From positions 194,444 to 258,443 of the forward strand of contig JAJZBI010000001.1 in assembly GCA_021798985.1 (NCBI GenBank): a DNA stretch of 64,000 nucleotides. The letters are read 5' to 3'. This stretch comes from Actinomycetes bacterium. GTDB taxonomy: Bacteria > Actinomycetota > Acidimicrobiia > Acidimicrobiales > Bog-793. Both the position numbers and the translations under genes were made by a program. The notes beneath the pieces were generated by a model. The model did no database searches. It was not told the origin of the DNA and worked only from the letters and a program-made list of their open reading frames with translations. Below, in pieces: positions 1 through 10,207 of this stretch. Position 1 is the stretch's first letter. Every line of letters starts with the position of its first letter.

Positions 1-827
1 TCGACACCGAGCGGCCCGCGCGGCGTGCGGTCGCCGATCCAGAAGGCGGCGAGCACGCACAGCCCAACGCCGATGAACAAGCCGACGAAGCCCTCGGCGA
101 CCGGTCCGACCCCGCCGAGACCGAGACCTCCGGGGCTGGTCGGGTGCTGGATGTTTCGCGTCACGTAGGCAACGAGATCGCTGAGCTGGGCGTTCGAGAT
201 CACGCCGCTGCTAAAGCGCGGCATGTTGCCCGGCCCGGTGCGCACCGCCTCGACGATCTGGGTCTTGGAGACGTCATGCAGCGACGGGGCGATGATCCCG
301 CCGGACAACGCGTCGCCCGCGCCCGTGATCGTGTGGCACGCCGCGCAGATCTCCGCGAAGACGCTGAAGCCGTTGGCGACGTTGGCGCCCTTCAAGTTGA
401 CCTTCGGGATCGGGAAGCCTTGGTAGTTCGACAGCGAGGCGACGTACTGCGCGATGTCGATGTTCTGTGCTCGGTCGTACTTCGGCGGCTTGCGCGCCGG
501 CTGGGCGCCCGGAGCGGCGAGGGGCATCCAGCCGCTCGACAGCCACAGGTCGATGGTGCCCGCGCCAAGGCCCTGCAAGCTCGGCGCCACGGCGCTGCCC
601 TCGGCCGAGCTGCCATGGCAGCTCGCGCAGGTCTCGTCGAACAGGGTCTTACCCAGATTCAGGTTCGGCTTGTGGTTCGTCGACTTGGTCACCGACGCCG
701 TCAGCACCGTGCCCGCCAGCGATGGCGTGCTCGCCGGCCACCACACGAGCATGCCGAGGCTGACCGCAGCGATGACCACCGCAGCCGGGACGGCCAGCCG
801 CCGAGAGAACCAGCGCGCGCGCCTCAC
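1..827 (-). CDS. qcrC: Cytochrome bc1 diheme cytochrome c subunit (3' end runs off the window)
   Basis: Manual translation from GTG 827 gives two heme-c motifs (CASCH, CAACH) and a C-terminal GPVAEGFVGLFIGVG helix; lies downstream of ctaE. Absent from the ORF track because it has no stop in the window. Confidence 0.9.
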   Translation of the reverse strand, partial: MRRARWFSRRLAVPAAVVIAAVSLGMLVWWPASTPSLAGTVLTASVTKSTNHKPNLNLGKTLFDETCASCHGSSAEGSAVAPSLQGLGAGTIDLWLSSGWMPLAAPGAQPARKPPKYDRAQNIDIAQYVASLSNYQGFPIPKVNLKGANVANGFSVFAEICAACHTITGAGDALSGGIIAPSLHDVSKTQIVEAVRTGPGNMPRFSSGVISNAQLSDLVAYVTRNIQHPTSPGGLGLGGVGPVAEGFVGLFIGVGLCVLAAFWIGDRTPRGPLGV

Positions 828-882
828 GAGGCCACCGCCTCGATGACCGGCTTCGCGGGCCGCGGGGAACGCAAGTGTGACC

Positions 883-1509
883 TCATGACAGCAAGAACAG
901 GGCGCTGAACAGGCCGATCCAGACAATGTCGACGAAGTGCCAGTAGTAGCTGACCGCCTGGAAGACGGGCATCTCGCCGGGGTCGCCCTTCGGTCCCTTC
1001 ATCCTGGCGAGCATCGCCAGCATCGCCACGAGGCCAAGGATCACGTGCAGGCCGTGCAGGCCGCTCATGATGTAGAAGAGCGAGCCGTAGGCGTTGGTGT
1101 CCACCCGGAACGGGAGCGTCTTCCACTCGTAGGCCTGGTTGGCGATGAAGGCCGCGCCGAGCAGGAAGCTCACGACCGTCCAGGCGCGGGCCTTGTTGCG
1201 CTCGCCGCGCTCGATGGCCCAGACGCCGAACTGCATCGTCGGGCTCGAGGCCAGCAGGACGATCGTGAAGATCAGCGCCTGGTAGGTATCGAGCTTGGTC
1301 CCCGGCGGGGGCCAGTGCGACCCGGCGTTCGCGCGGATCGTGAAGAACGCGGCGAACAGGCCCGAGAAGAACATGAATTCCGAACCCAGCCAGATCATCA
1401 CCCCGACAGCCAGCATCTGCGGCCGTCGCTGGTGGACGGCTGCGGCCGCCGCCGGGGATGGCGGTTGGATGGCCGACACCTCGCTCACGGCCCCCTTTGT
1501 AGTCGACAC
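883..1509 (-). CDS. ctaE: Cytochrome c oxidase subunit III
   Basis: WLGSEFMFFSGLF, GLHGLHV and YYWHFVDIVW motifs. Confidence 0.95.
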   Translation of the reverse strand: MSTTKGAVSEVSAIQPPSPAAAAAVHQRRPQMLAVGVMIWLGSEFMFFSGLFAAFFTIRANAGSHWPPPGTKLDTYQALIFTIVLLASSPTMQFGVWAIERGERNKARAWTVVSFLLGAAFIANQAYEWKTLPFRVDTNAYGSLFYIMSGLHGLHVILGLVAMLAMLARMKGPKGDPGEMPVFQAVSYYWHFVDIVWIGLFSALFLLS

Positions 1510-1612
1510 CCGCCGGAGCGTTCCAAACGGGGTGCCAGACGGCCCACGAACGCGCCCGATTCGAGCGCCTCAGCAGGTCGCGGAGGTGCCGGTCCCGCAG
1601 TAGGGTCGTCGC

Positions 1613-2662
1613 GTGCCCGAGCTTGCGCCGCTGTTCCTCCGGGCCTGCCGCGGCGAGGCCACCGAGCGGGTCCCGGTCTGGTTCATGCGCCAAGCAGGTC
1701 GCTCGCTGCCCGAGTACCGCAAGCTGCGCGGCGAGGGGAGCATCCTTGAGGCCATCCGCTCCCCGGAGCTCGCCGCACAGATCACCCTCCAGCCGGTCGA
1801 GCGGTACGGGGTCGACGCGGCGATCCTGTTCTCGGACATCGTCATCCCCCTCGTCGGCATCGGGATCGACATTGACGTCGTCCCCGGGCGTGGCCCCGTG
1901 GTCGCCGAGCCGTTCGGCACGAGCGCCGACCTGCGCCGCCTCCGTCCGCTCGAGCCTGAAGCGGATGTGCCCTATGTGCTCGAGACCGTCCGGCTGCTTA
2001 CCGAGCGACTCGAGGTGCCGCTGATCGGCTTCGCCGGCGCGCCCTTCACCGTGGCGAGCTACCTCGTTGAAGGCGGGCCAAGCCGCGACTTCGTGCGGAC
2101 CAAGGCCTTGATGCACGGGGATCCCTCCTTGTGGCGCTCGCTGCTCGAGCGGCTCGCCGACCTGGCAATCGCCTCCCTGCGGGCGCAGGTCGACTGCGGA
2201 GCGAGCGCGATCCAGCTCTTCGACAGCTGGGCGGGCGCCCTCTCGCGCGCGGACTATGAGCGCCACGTCCTGCCTGCTACCCGCAGGGTGCTCGAAGGAC
2301 TCGCGGATCTCGGGGTGCCCCGGATTCACTTCGGCGTCGGCACCGGTGAGCTGCTCGACTTGATGGCCGGCGCCGGCGCCGAGGTCGTGGGTGTGGACTG
2401 GCGCGTGCCCTTGGACCGAGCGCGCCAGCGCGTCGGTCCCGAGGTCGTCTTGCAGGGCAACCTCGATCCAGCGATCTGCCTGGCCGGCTTCGCGGTGGCC
2501 GCCGAGGAGACGCGCCGCGTGCTGAAGGAGGGCGGTCGCCACCGCCACGTCTTCAACCTCGGCCACGGCGTGCTGCCGGCGACGGATCCTGAGGTCCTCA
2601 CCAAGATCGTCGAGCTGGTGCACCGCGTGTCGGCAGAGAGCGGGGCGGACGGCGAACAATGA
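1613..2662 (+). CDS. hemE: Uroporphyrinogen decarboxylase
   Basis: PVWFMRQAGRSLPEY, FSDI and FNLGHGVLP motifs. Confidence 0.97.
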   Translation: MPELAPLFLRACRGEATERVPVWFMRQAGRSLPEYRKLRGEGSILEAIRSPELAAQITLQPVERYGVDAAILFSDIVIPLVGIGIDIDVVPGRGPVVAEPFGTSADLRRLRPLEPEADVPYVLETVRLLTERLEVPLIGFAGAPFTVASYLVEGGPSRDFVRTKALMHGDPSLWRSLLERLADLAIASLRAQVDCGASAIQLFDSWAGALSRADYERHVLPATRRVLEGLADLGVPRIHFGVGTGELLDLMAGAGAEVVGVDWRVPLDRARQRVGPEVVLQGNLDPAICLAGFAVAAEETRRVLKEGGRHRHVFNLGHGVLPATDPEVLTKIVELVHRVSAESGADGEQ

Positions 2663-3579
2663 CGACCGGCGTGGTCGTCATGGCCTATGGGACGCCGAGC
2701 GACCCTGATGACGTCGAGCGCTTCTATCTCGACGTCCGCCGTGGCCGACCTCCGAGCCCCGAGCAGCTCGCCGATCTCAAGCGGCGCTACGACGCAATCG
2801 GGGGGACCTCCCCGCTGAACGCCCGGACCGCGGCGCAGGTGGCCGCCCTCCAACGGGCGCTCGAGGTGCTCGAGCCGGGGGGCTACCTCGTTGCGTATGG
2901 CGCCAAGCACTCGGCGCCCAAGATCGAAGCGGCGGTCACCGAGCTCGCCGGGCGCGGGGTGCGCGAGGTCGTCGGCGTCGTCCTCGCCCCCCACTACTCC
3001 CGGCTCAGCGTCGGCGAGTACCTCGAGCGGGCCGGCGAGCGTTGCGCCGAGCTCGGACTGACCTGCGGCTTCGTCCGTCACTGGCATGACGAGGAGGCGC
3101 TGATCGCGGCGCTGGCGGGGCGCGTTCGCGAGGCGGCGGCCGCGCTCGCGCCCGCGCGTGGCGAGATCGAGTACTGCTTCACGGCCCACAGCCTGCCCGA
3201 GCGGATCCTCGCCGAGGGCGACCCCTACCCCGACGAGCTCGCCGAGACCGCCCGCCTCGTCGCCGCCCGGCTCCGCCTGCCCCACTACCGCATCGGCTGG
3301 CAGAGCGCCGGGCGCACGCCCGAGCCCTGGATCGGCCCCGACATCCTCGTGATGTTGCGCGAGCTCGCGGCGCAGGGCGTCGGTGGCGTGGTCGTCTGCT
3401 CTGCCGGCTTCACCGCGGACCACCTCGAGGTCCTCTACGACCTCGACATCGAGGCGGCCCAACTGGCGGCGGCGCTCGGCCTCGCCTTCAGCCGCACCGC
3501 GTCGCTCAACGACGACCCGGCGGTGTTCGCCGGCCTCGCCAAGCGCGTCGCGGCGGCCCGCCCCGCCTCGGCGAGATGA
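2659..3579 (+). CDS. hemH: Ferrochelatase (coproporphyrin type likely)
   Basis: MAYGTP, FTAHSLP, WQSAG, WIGPD, GFTADHLEVLYDLD; ATGA overlap with hemE. Confidence 0.95.
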   Translation: MTTGVVVMAYGTPSDPDDVERFYLDVRRGRPPSPEQLADLKRRYDAIGGTSPLNARTAAQVAALQRALEVLEPGGYLVAYGAKHSAPKIEAAVTELAGRGVREVVGVVLAPHYSRLSVGEYLERAGERCAELGLTCGFVRHWHDEEALIAALAGRVREAAAALAPARGEIEYCFTAHSLPERILAEGDPYPDELAETARLVAARLRLPHYRIGWQSAGRTPEPWIGPDILVMLRELAAQGVGGVVVCSAGFTADHLEVLYDLDIEAAQLAAALGLAFSRTASLNDDPAVFAGLAKRVAAARPASAR

Positions 3580-5033
3580 GCCCCTCGATCGCCGTCGTGG
3601 GCGGCGGCATCGCCGGTCTCGCCGCTGCCCACGCGCTCGCCGGCACCCACGAGGTGCTCCTCTTTGAGGCCGACGAGCGTCTCGGCGGCAAGCTGCGTAC
3701 CGCCACGTTCTGCGGCCGGCCGGTCGACCTCGGACCCGACGTCTTCATCAGCCGAGACCCGGCGGCGACCGAGCTGGTGCAGGCGGTCGGCCTCGGCGAC
3801 GCGCTGAGCACGCCGAACGAAGCCGGAGCGCTGATCTACGCCCGGGGTCGCCCCCGACGGCTGCCGAGCGGGCTGATGCTCGGCGTGCCGGGCGACCTGC
3901 CGAGCCTCGCCCGCTCGGGGATCTTGAGCCCCCCCGGGCTCGTGCGGGCGGCGCTCGGGCTGGTGTGGCCCGCCCGTCCCGTCCCGGGTGCCGAGGACCT
4001 CGAGCACGACCCGAGTGTCGCCGAGGCGCTGGGCCAGCTCGGCTCCGAGGCCGTCGGGGCGCTGATCGACCCTCTGCTCGGCGGGATCAACGCCGGTGAC
4101 GTGCGTCGGCTCTCGCTGTGGTCGACCGCCCCGGCGCTCGCCGGCATGCTCGCTGGCCAGCGCACGCTCGCCGGGGCGATGCGTTCCCGCCGGCGCCAGG
4201 CCGCGCACGCGACACCAGGCGCACCGGGGTCGATGTTCCTCGGGCTCGCTAGTGGCATGAGCCAGCTCGTCGACGCCCTGGCGACACGCTGCGCAGCGGC
4301 TGGCGTGCAGCTAGCGCACACGGCGCGCATCGACGCGCTCCACCACGAGGCCGGCGCATGGCGGCTGGCCGGCCCGGGCACCGACGTCCGCGTCGACGGC
4401 GTCGTGCTCGCCGTGCCGGCATTCGCGACGGCGCGCCTGCTCACCGACGTCGACCCCGAGCTCGCCGGGTGGTGCGCGCAGATCGAGTACGCCAGCGTCA
4501 TCACCGTGACGCTCGCCTACCCGATCGACGCCGTGCCAGCGGCGACCACCCGCGCCCTTGCCTGCGGGCGCGGGGATGACTCGCCGCTGCCCGGCACGGG
4601 AATGCTCTTGCCGCGCAGCACCGGCGCGCTGTGCACCGCGCTTACCTTCATGTCCACCAAGTGGCCGCGATCTGCCCCGCCCGGCCACGTCGTGATTCGC
4701 GCCTCGACGGGCCGCTTTGGCGACGAGCGCTCGGCTCGGATGAGCGACGAGGAGCTGTTGGGCGCGGTGCGCGACGAGCTGCGGCGCTATCTCAGGATCG
4801 AACAGGAGCCGACCGACACAATCGTGCAGCGCTGGCCGCAGGCGTTTCCCCAGTACGGTCCGGGCACCCGGCGACGACTCCAGCGCATCGGCGAACGGAC
4901 CGCCGAGCTCGCGAGCCTGCAGCTCTGCGGCGCCGCGTTCGGCGGGATCGGCATCCCCGCGTGCATCCGAAGCGGCAACGCCGCCGCGGCGAGCCTCGAG
5001 GCCGCGCTCGGGCGGCAGGCCGCGAGCTCCTGA
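3576..5033 (+). CDS. hemY: Protoporphyrinogen/coproporphyrinogen oxidase
   Basis: GGGIAGL FAD motif, DPLLGGINAG, RWPQAFPQY, GIGIPACI; coupled to hemH. Confidence 0.92.
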   Translation: MSPSIAVVGGGIAGLAAAHALAGTHEVLLFEADERLGGKLRTATFCGRPVDLGPDVFISRDPAATELVQAVGLGDALSTPNEAGALIYARGRPRRLPSGLMLGVPGDLPSLARSGILSPPGLVRAALGLVWPARPVPGAEDLEHDPSVAEALGQLGSEAVGALIDPLLGGINAGDVRRLSLWSTAPALAGMLAGQRTLAGAMRSRRRQAAHATPGAPGSMFLGLASGMSQLVDALATRCAAAGVQLAHTARIDALHHEAGAWRLAGPGTDVRVDGVVLAVPAFATARLLTDVDPELAGWCAQIEYASVITVTLAYPIDAVPAATTRALACGRGDDSPLPGTGMLLPRSTGALCTALTFMSTKWPRSAPPGHVVIRASTGRFGDERSARMSDEELLGAVRDELRRYLRIEQEPTDTIVQRWPQAFPQYGPGTRRRLQRIGERTAELASLQLCGAAFGGIGIPACIRSGNAAAASLEAALGRQAASS

Positions 5034-5052
5034 GGCGGGTTGGGCCCACGCG

Positions 5053-6789
5053 ATGCACCGGCACGGCCACCTCGCCTTCGCAGAAGGCGCCGTCGCCGGG
5101 CTGCTCATCGCCTGCGCCGCTCCGCCCCTTGGCTGGTGGCCGCTCGGCATCGCCGGCCTCGGGATCTGGTCATGGGCGCTCACCGACGCCCGCCCGGCGC
5201 GGCGCGTGCTGGTGGGCGCCGGCTGCGGCATCGTCCAGTACGCGATCGGGGCGCTCTTCGCCGCCGCCTTCACCCTCGCCGGGTACCTCGCCCTGGTTGG
5301 CTTCGAGGCGCTGACCTGTGCCCTCTTCGCACTGCTCGCGACCCGAGGGGCGCTCCAGCCGTTGCGCATCGTCGCGGCGCTGGTCCTGCTCGAGTGGGCG
5401 CGCGACCACTGGCCCGTCGGCGGCATGCCGATCGGCGGCGTGGCGATCGGCCAGAGCGGCGGCCCGCTCCTCGCGCTCGCCCGCATCGGTGGCCCGCTCG
5501 TGATGGTGGCGAGCGCGGCCACCTTGGGGGCGGGGATTGCCGACAGCCTCAGGCACCTCTTTTCGTCGCGCCCCCGGCGCGGCGCCCTCGGGGTGCTCGG
5601 GAGCCTCGGCGCCGTCGGCCTCGCCGCCGCGCTCGCCAGCGTGGCGCCGAACGGAGGCCCCCCGGAGGGGACCCTGCGGGCGGCGATCGTCCAAGGCGGG
5701 GGGCGCCGGGGGCTCACCTCGCTCGAGCAGCCGGCGAGCACGGCGCTGGCGGCGACGATCGCCGAGACGGCGCGACTCGCCCCGCGTACGGTCGCTCTCG
5801 TCATCTGGCCCGAGGACGTGGTCTCGCTCCGCCGGCCGCTCGCCGGATCGGACGCCGAGCGCGCCCTCGGCGACCTGGCCCACCACCTCGATGCCACGTT
5901 GCTCGCGGGGGTGACCGCCCTCGTCGGCCAGCAGCGCTTCACGAACGCGCTGGTCGCGATCGCGCCCAACGGCAGGATCGCCGCCAGCGACGAGAAGGCG
6001 CACCCGGTGCCCTTCGGCGAGTACGTGCCCTTCCGCAGCGTCCTGCAGCACGTCGTGAACCTCGCCGCCGTGCCCCGCGACATGGTCGTCGGACACGGCA
6101 GCGGGCTGCTGAGGACACCGGCGGGACCGCTCGGCGCCCTCATCTCCTACGAGGACTTCTTCCCCGGCCGTGGGCGCTCGGCCGTGCGGGCCGGTGGCCA
6201 GGTGCTCGTCGTCGCCACGAACACGGCGTCGTACGCCACGAGCGAGATCCCCGCTCAAGAGCTCGCCGCCTCGCGCATCCAGGCGGTAGCCGAGGGGCGA
6301 GATCTCCTCCAGGCCGCCACGGTCGGCATCAGCGCCGTGATCACGCCGAGCGGCGCCCTGCGCTGGCGCAGCGAGCTCGGCGTCCCGGCGGTGCACCGCA
6401 CCACCGTCCCGCTACGGCGTGGGGCGACCCTCTACGAGCAGTTCGGCGACGTCCCCGCGCTCGGCCTGGCCGCGCTGGCGCTCGCCATGGGTGTTCCGCT
6501 TGGCGCCACGCGGCGCCGCCGCAGACAACGGCGTGACGACCGCGTCGCCACCTTCCCTGCCCGTGCGCTCACCGCCCGTGAAGAGCAGCTTGTTGAAGAT
6601 GAAGTACTTGGCCAGCCACATCACACCGTAGGTGGCGAGATTGCCGAGCTCGACCAGGATGGTCTGCACCTCGTGGCGCTGGGAGAGGTGCACCGCCTCG
6701 CGGCTCGCCAGGCCGACGACGAAGGTCGACAGCACGAGGCTGATGAAGGCGATCACCCAGAAGGGGACGACCTCACGCCACAGGTGTGA
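5053..6789 (+). CDS. lnt: Apolipoprotein N-acyltransferase (homologous part ends near 6510; tail overlaps gtrA antisense)
   Basis: Multi-TM N-terminus, VIWPED, KAHPVPFGEYVP, ISYE (Ser at the usual catalytic Cys of ICYE), TNTASY, GISAVI. Confidence 0.85.
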   Translation: MHRHGHLAFAEGAVAGLLIACAAPPLGWWPLGIAGLGIWSWALTDARPARRVLVGAGCGIVQYAIGALFAAAFTLAGYLALVGFEALTCALFALLATRGALQPLRIVAALVLLEWARDHWPVGGMPIGGVAIGQSGGPLLALARIGGPLVMVASAATLGAGIADSLRHLFSSRPRRGALGVLGSLGAVGLAAALASVAPNGGPPEGTLRAAIVQGGGRRGLTSLEQPASTALAATIAETARLAPRTVALVIWPEDVVSLRRPLAGSDAERALGDLAHHLDATLLAGVTALVGQQRFTNALVAIAPNGRIAASDEKAHPVPFGEYVPFRSVLQHVVNLAAVPRDMVVGHGSGLLRTPAGPLGALISYEDFFPGRGRSAVRAGGQVLVVATNTASYATSEIPAQELAASRIQAVAEGRDLLQAATVGISAVITPSGALRWRSELGVPAVHRTTVPLRRGATLYEQFGDVPALGLAALALAMGVPLGATRRRRRQRRDDRVATFPARALTAREEQLVEDEVLGQPHHTVGGEIAELDQDGLHLVALGEVHRLAARQADDEGRQHEADEGDHPEGDDLTPQV

Positions 6790-7086
6790 CTTGCCGCTCT
6801 TGCCCCAGGCCCAGGCCCGGTTGAGGTAGTAGGAGGGGATCGTCGTGATCGCCGTGGCGATCACGTTCGCCACCTCGGCCTGGCTGATCTGCCATCCGTG
6901 CAGGTCAACCGCCCCGACCTTGACCTTGCGGTAGAAGACGTAGAGCAGACCGAGCGAAAGGAAGGTCGTCAGGACCGAGACCGACATGTAGCGCCACAGC
7001 TTGGCGAAATGCGCGCTGCGCAAAAACGCCCGGAGCCGGCCGGGCGCTGGCGGCGCGCCGGAAGCAGTCGGCGTCGAACCTGGCAT
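6412..7086 (-). CDS. GtrA family membrane protein
   Basis: KLWRYMSVSV, ANVIA...PSYYLNRAWAW; four TM helices. Confidence 0.8.
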   Translation of the reverse strand: MPGSTPTASGAPPAPGRLRAFLRSAHFAKLWRYMSVSVLTTFLSLGLLYVFYRKVKVGAVDLHGWQISQAEVANVIATAITTIPSYYLNRAWAWGKSGKSHLWREVVPFWVIAFISLVLSTFVVGLASREAVHLSQRHEVQTILVELGNLATYGVMWLAKYFIFNKLLFTGGERTGREGGDAVVTPLSAAAPRGAKRNTHGERQRGQAERGDVAELLVEGRPTP

Positions 7087-7111
7087 GACGGGGAGAGTGT
7101 ACCTTCACGAG

Positions 7112-7966
7112 GTGGAGGCTGGCACGGCAGGATTGCTGGAACTTCTGGATCTCGAGGCCATCGAGGTCAATTTGTTCCGCGGCAAGAGCCCGACCGGGTC
7201 GCGCCAGCGGGTCTTTGGCGGCCAGGTGGCCGCCCAGGCGCTGGTCGCGGCGGGTCGCACCGTCGAGGGGAGCGCGGTGCACTCGCTGCATGCCTACTTC
7301 CTCCGGCCCGGCGATCCGACCGTCCCGATCCTCTATGACGTCGACCGCATCCGCGACGGCCGGACGTTCACCACCCGCCGCGTGGTCGCGATCCAGCACG
7401 GTCGTGCCATATTCAACCTGCACTGCTCGTTCCACCGAGGCGAGGAGGAGGGCCTCGAGCACCAAGACGCCCCGCCGATCGTCCCACCGCCCGAGGCGCT
7501 CGACGCGCTGCCCGCAGCAGACGTCGCCGCCGGTATCCCCGAGCGCTTCCACCACGCCGAGGGCCTGGAGATCCGCTTCATCACTGAGCTCCCCTGGTCG
7601 CGGGCCGGAGCATCCGAGTCCGCCCGGCGCGAGCAGCTCTGGTTCCGCTTCGCCGAGCCCTTGGTGGACGACCCGCTCATCCACGCCGCGGTCGTCACCT
7701 TCTGCTCGGACATCACCTTGGTGGACACCGTCTTGCAGCGCCACGGCTTCAGCCCGTGGGACGAGGAGTTCATCGGCGCCAGCCTCGACCACTGCATGTG
7801 GTTCCACCGGCCGTTCCGGGCCGACGAGTGGCTGCTCTACGACCTCCACAGCCCGACCGCGGGCGGGGCGAGGGGCTTCTCACTCGGGACGCTGTACACC
7901 CGCGAAGGCGCGCTCGTCGCGAGCGTGGCCCAGGAAGGCCTGCTCCGCTTCCGGAGGGCGGCATGA
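7112..7966 (+). CDS. tesB: Acyl-CoA thioesterase II
   Basis: RVFGGQVAAQAL, HSLHAYFLRPG, ASLDHCMWFHRPF, SVAQEGL; start uncertain (7086-7112). Confidence 0.93.
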   Translation: MEAGTAGLLELLDLEAIEVNLFRGKSPTGSRQRVFGGQVAAQALVAAGRTVEGSAVHSLHAYFLRPGDPTVPILYDVDRIRDGRTFTTRRVVAIQHGRAIFNLHCSFHRGEEEGLEHQDAPPIVPPPEALDALPAADVAAGIPERFHHAEGLEIRFITELPWSRAGASESARREQLWFRFAEPLVDDPLIHAAVVTFCSDITLVDTVLQRHGFSPWDEEFIGASLDHCMWFHRPFRADEWLLYDLHSPTAGGARGFSLGTLYTREGALVASVAQEGLLRFRRAA

Positions 7967-8088
7967 CGGGCCTGCTGGCGGCGTCGACCGCGGCCTTCGC
8001 CGTCGGCTTCGGGATCTTCGTGGTCCTCTTGGCGGTCCTGGTGGTCTTCGTCGTGCGCTTCGCCAGGGACCTCGGCCGGCGTCGCTAG
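7963..8088 (+). CDS. Small single-TM hypothetical protein (41 aa)
   Basis: ATGA overlap with tesB; [41 protein letters not shown]. Confidence 0.65.
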   Translation: MTGLLAASTAAFAVGFGIFVVLLAVLVVFVVRFARDLGRRR

Positions 8089-8477
8089 TAGGCGCCGCCT
8101 CGGCGGCTCTCCATGATCACGCCGATCACCGCGGAGACGATCAAGGTGCCGCCGAAGACCGCCGTCCACACCCCGAACACCAAGGCGATGGCGACGAAGG
8201 CCGCCCCGAGGCCGAGGACGAAGGGCCAGATGCTCGAGCTGGGGAAGGCGCCGATGATCGCCGCGGAGTCCTGGGGGTTGGCGTCAGGGAGATCCTCGGG
8301 CCGCGGCTGCATCCGCCGGGACCACCAGAAGTAGTAGCTCCCGGGCAGCAGACCGAGCAGGGAGACCGCGGCGAGCATGACCGTGCCGCCGTCCTCATAG
8401 GACGTGAACCAGTAGATGGTCGAGATGATCGCCCCGAAGACGAACATCACGAACAAGATCCGCGCCTCGATCTTCAT
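8085..8477 (-). CDS. ctaF: Cytochrome c oxidase subunit IV (actinobacterial)
   Basis: [21 protein letters not shown]; coupled to ctaD. Confidence 0.9.
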   Translation of the reverse strand: MKIEARILFVMFVFGAIISTIYWFTSYEDGGTVMLAAVSLLGLLPGSYYFWWSRRMQPRPEDLPDANPQDSAAIIGAFPSSSIWPFVLGLGAAFVAIALVFGVWTAVFGGTLIVSAVIGVIMESRRGGAY

Positions 8478-10207
8478 CGCTCGGTCTCCTCGCCCGTGTC
8501 GGGGTGGCCGGTTGCGAGCACCCGCTCGACCCCGGTCGCCGCGCCTTCACTGCGACGGTGCACCTGGGTGGTGTGCTCGGGGTGGTTGAAGTCCCACACC
8601 GGGCGCTCGGAGCGGACCGGTGGCAACCAGGTGAAGTTGTGGTGCACTGGCGGCGAGGCCGCCGCCCACTCGAGGGTGTGCCCGTCCCAGGGGTTGGCGG
8701 GCGCCACCTCGGGGCTGCGCCAGGAGACCCAGAGGTTGAGCACGGTGAAGGCGGCGGCAACGAAGAGGATGAACGCGCCGACCGTCGAGATGAGGTTGAG
8801 GCCAGCCCAGCCGGTCGAGGCCGAGTACTCGGCGATCCGCCGTGGCATTCCCCGCAGCCCGAGCAGGTACTGGGGCAGGTAGGTGACCCAGAAACCGACG
8901 AACATGAACCAGAAGCTCGCCTTGCCGAGGCCCTCGCGCAGCATCCGGCCGGTCATCTTCGGATACCAGTAGTAGAGCCCTGAGAAGCCGCCGAAGACCG
9001 CCGAGCCGAAGAGCACCTCGTGGAAGTGCGCGATCACGAAGTAGGTGTCGTGCACGTAGAAGTCGACCGGCGGCGAGGCGAGCAGAACGCCGGTGACCCC
9101 GCCGAACAAGAAGACGATGAGGAAGCCGACCGCGAACAGCATCGCCGAGGTGAACTGCAGCGAGCCCCGCCACATCGTGCCGATCCAGTTGAAGAACTTG
9201 ATGCCGGTCGGCACCGCAATCAGGTAGGACATCAGGCTGAAGAACGGCAGGAGCACAGTGCCGGTGGTGAACATGTGGTGCGCCCACACTGCCGTCGACA
9301 GGGCGCCGATCGTGATCGTGGCGAAGATCATGCCGCGGTAGCCGAACACCGGCTTGCGGGAAAAGACCGCGAACACCTCGGTGACCATGCCGAAGTACGG
9401 CAGGGCGAGGATGTAGACCTCGGGGTGGCCGAAGAACCAGAACAGGTTCTGCCAAAGCACCGGGACGCCGCCGCCGCTCACGGTGTAGATGTGCGCCCCG
9501 AGATGTCGGTCACACCACAGCATCACGAGCGCCGCGGTGAGCACGGGGAAGGCGACGAGGATCAAGATCGCCGTCACCAGCATGTTCCAGGTGAAGATCG
9601 GCAGGCGGAACATCGTGAGACCGGGCGCGCGCAGGTAGAAGATCGTCGCCACGAGGTTCACGCCGGTGAAGATGGCCGAGAACCCGGTGAGCACGAGTGC
9701 CACGATCCACATGTCCGGACCGGCGCCGGGTGAGTTGACCGCGTCCGACAGGGGGGCATAGGCGACCCAGCCGAAGTCCGCCGCGCCGCCGACGGTCAAA
9801 AAGCCGCCGATCATCGTCAGGCCGCCGGTCAGATACAGCCAGTACGAGAGCGCGTTCAGGCGAGGGAAGGCCATGTCCGGGGCGCCCACCTGCAACGGGA
9901 TGATGTAGTTGGCGATCCCGCCGAAGGCGAAGGGCCCGGCGAACAGGTACAGCATCAAGCTGCCGTGCATGGTGAACAGCTCGTTGTAGGTGTGCTGCGA
10001 GACGATGGTGCTGTCCGGCCCGGCGAGCTGGACGCGGATCAGCATCGCCATGATCCCGGCGGCCAGGAAGAACGCGATCGCGGTGATCGTGTAGCTCTTG
10101 CCGATCACCTTGTGGTCGGTGCTCGTCAGCCACTTCAACAAGCCCGTGGGGCCGTGCTCGGCCTCGGGGTGGGCGAGCCCGGAGGGTCGCTCGGCGAGAA
10201 CGGTCAT
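8474..10207 (-). CDS. ctaD: Cytochrome c oxidase subunit I
   Basis: [40 protein letters not shown]. Confidence 0.98.
   Translation of the reverse strand: MTVLAERPSGLAHPEAEHGPTGLLKWLTSTDHKVIGKSYTITAIAFFLAAGIMAMLIRVQLAGPDSTIVSQHTYNELFTMHGSLMLYLFAGPFAFGGIANYIIPLQVGAPDMAFPRLNALSYWLYLTGGLTMIGGFLTVGGAADFGWVAYAPLSDAVNSPGAGPDMWIVALVLTGFSAIFTGVNLVATIFYLRAPGLTMFRLPIFTWNMLVTAILILVAFPVLTAALVMLWCDRHLGAHIYTVSGGGVPVLWQNLFWFFGHPEVYILALPYFGMVTEVFAVFSRKPVFGYRGMIFATITIGALSTAVWAHHMFTTGTVLLPFFSLMSYLIAVPTGIKFFNWIGTMWRGSLQFTSAMLFAVGFLIVFLFGGVTGVLLASPPVDFYVHDTYFVIAHFHEVLFGSAVFGGFSGLYYWYPKMTGRMLREGLGKASFWFMFVGFWVTYLPQYLLGLRGMPRRIAEYSASTGWAGLNLISTVGAFILFVAAAFTVLNLWVSWRSPEVAPANPWDGHTLEWAAASPPVHHNFTWLPPVRSERPVWDFNHPEHTTQVHRRSEGAATGVERVLATGHPDTGEETER

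Noticed and set aside
824-2659. Long antisense or alternate-frame ORFs (e.g. 611 aa here, also 4311-6143, 49188-51182, 57775-59814)
   Set aside because: Shadow ORFs of real genes in high-GC DNA; Arg/Ala/Pro-rich with no motifs.
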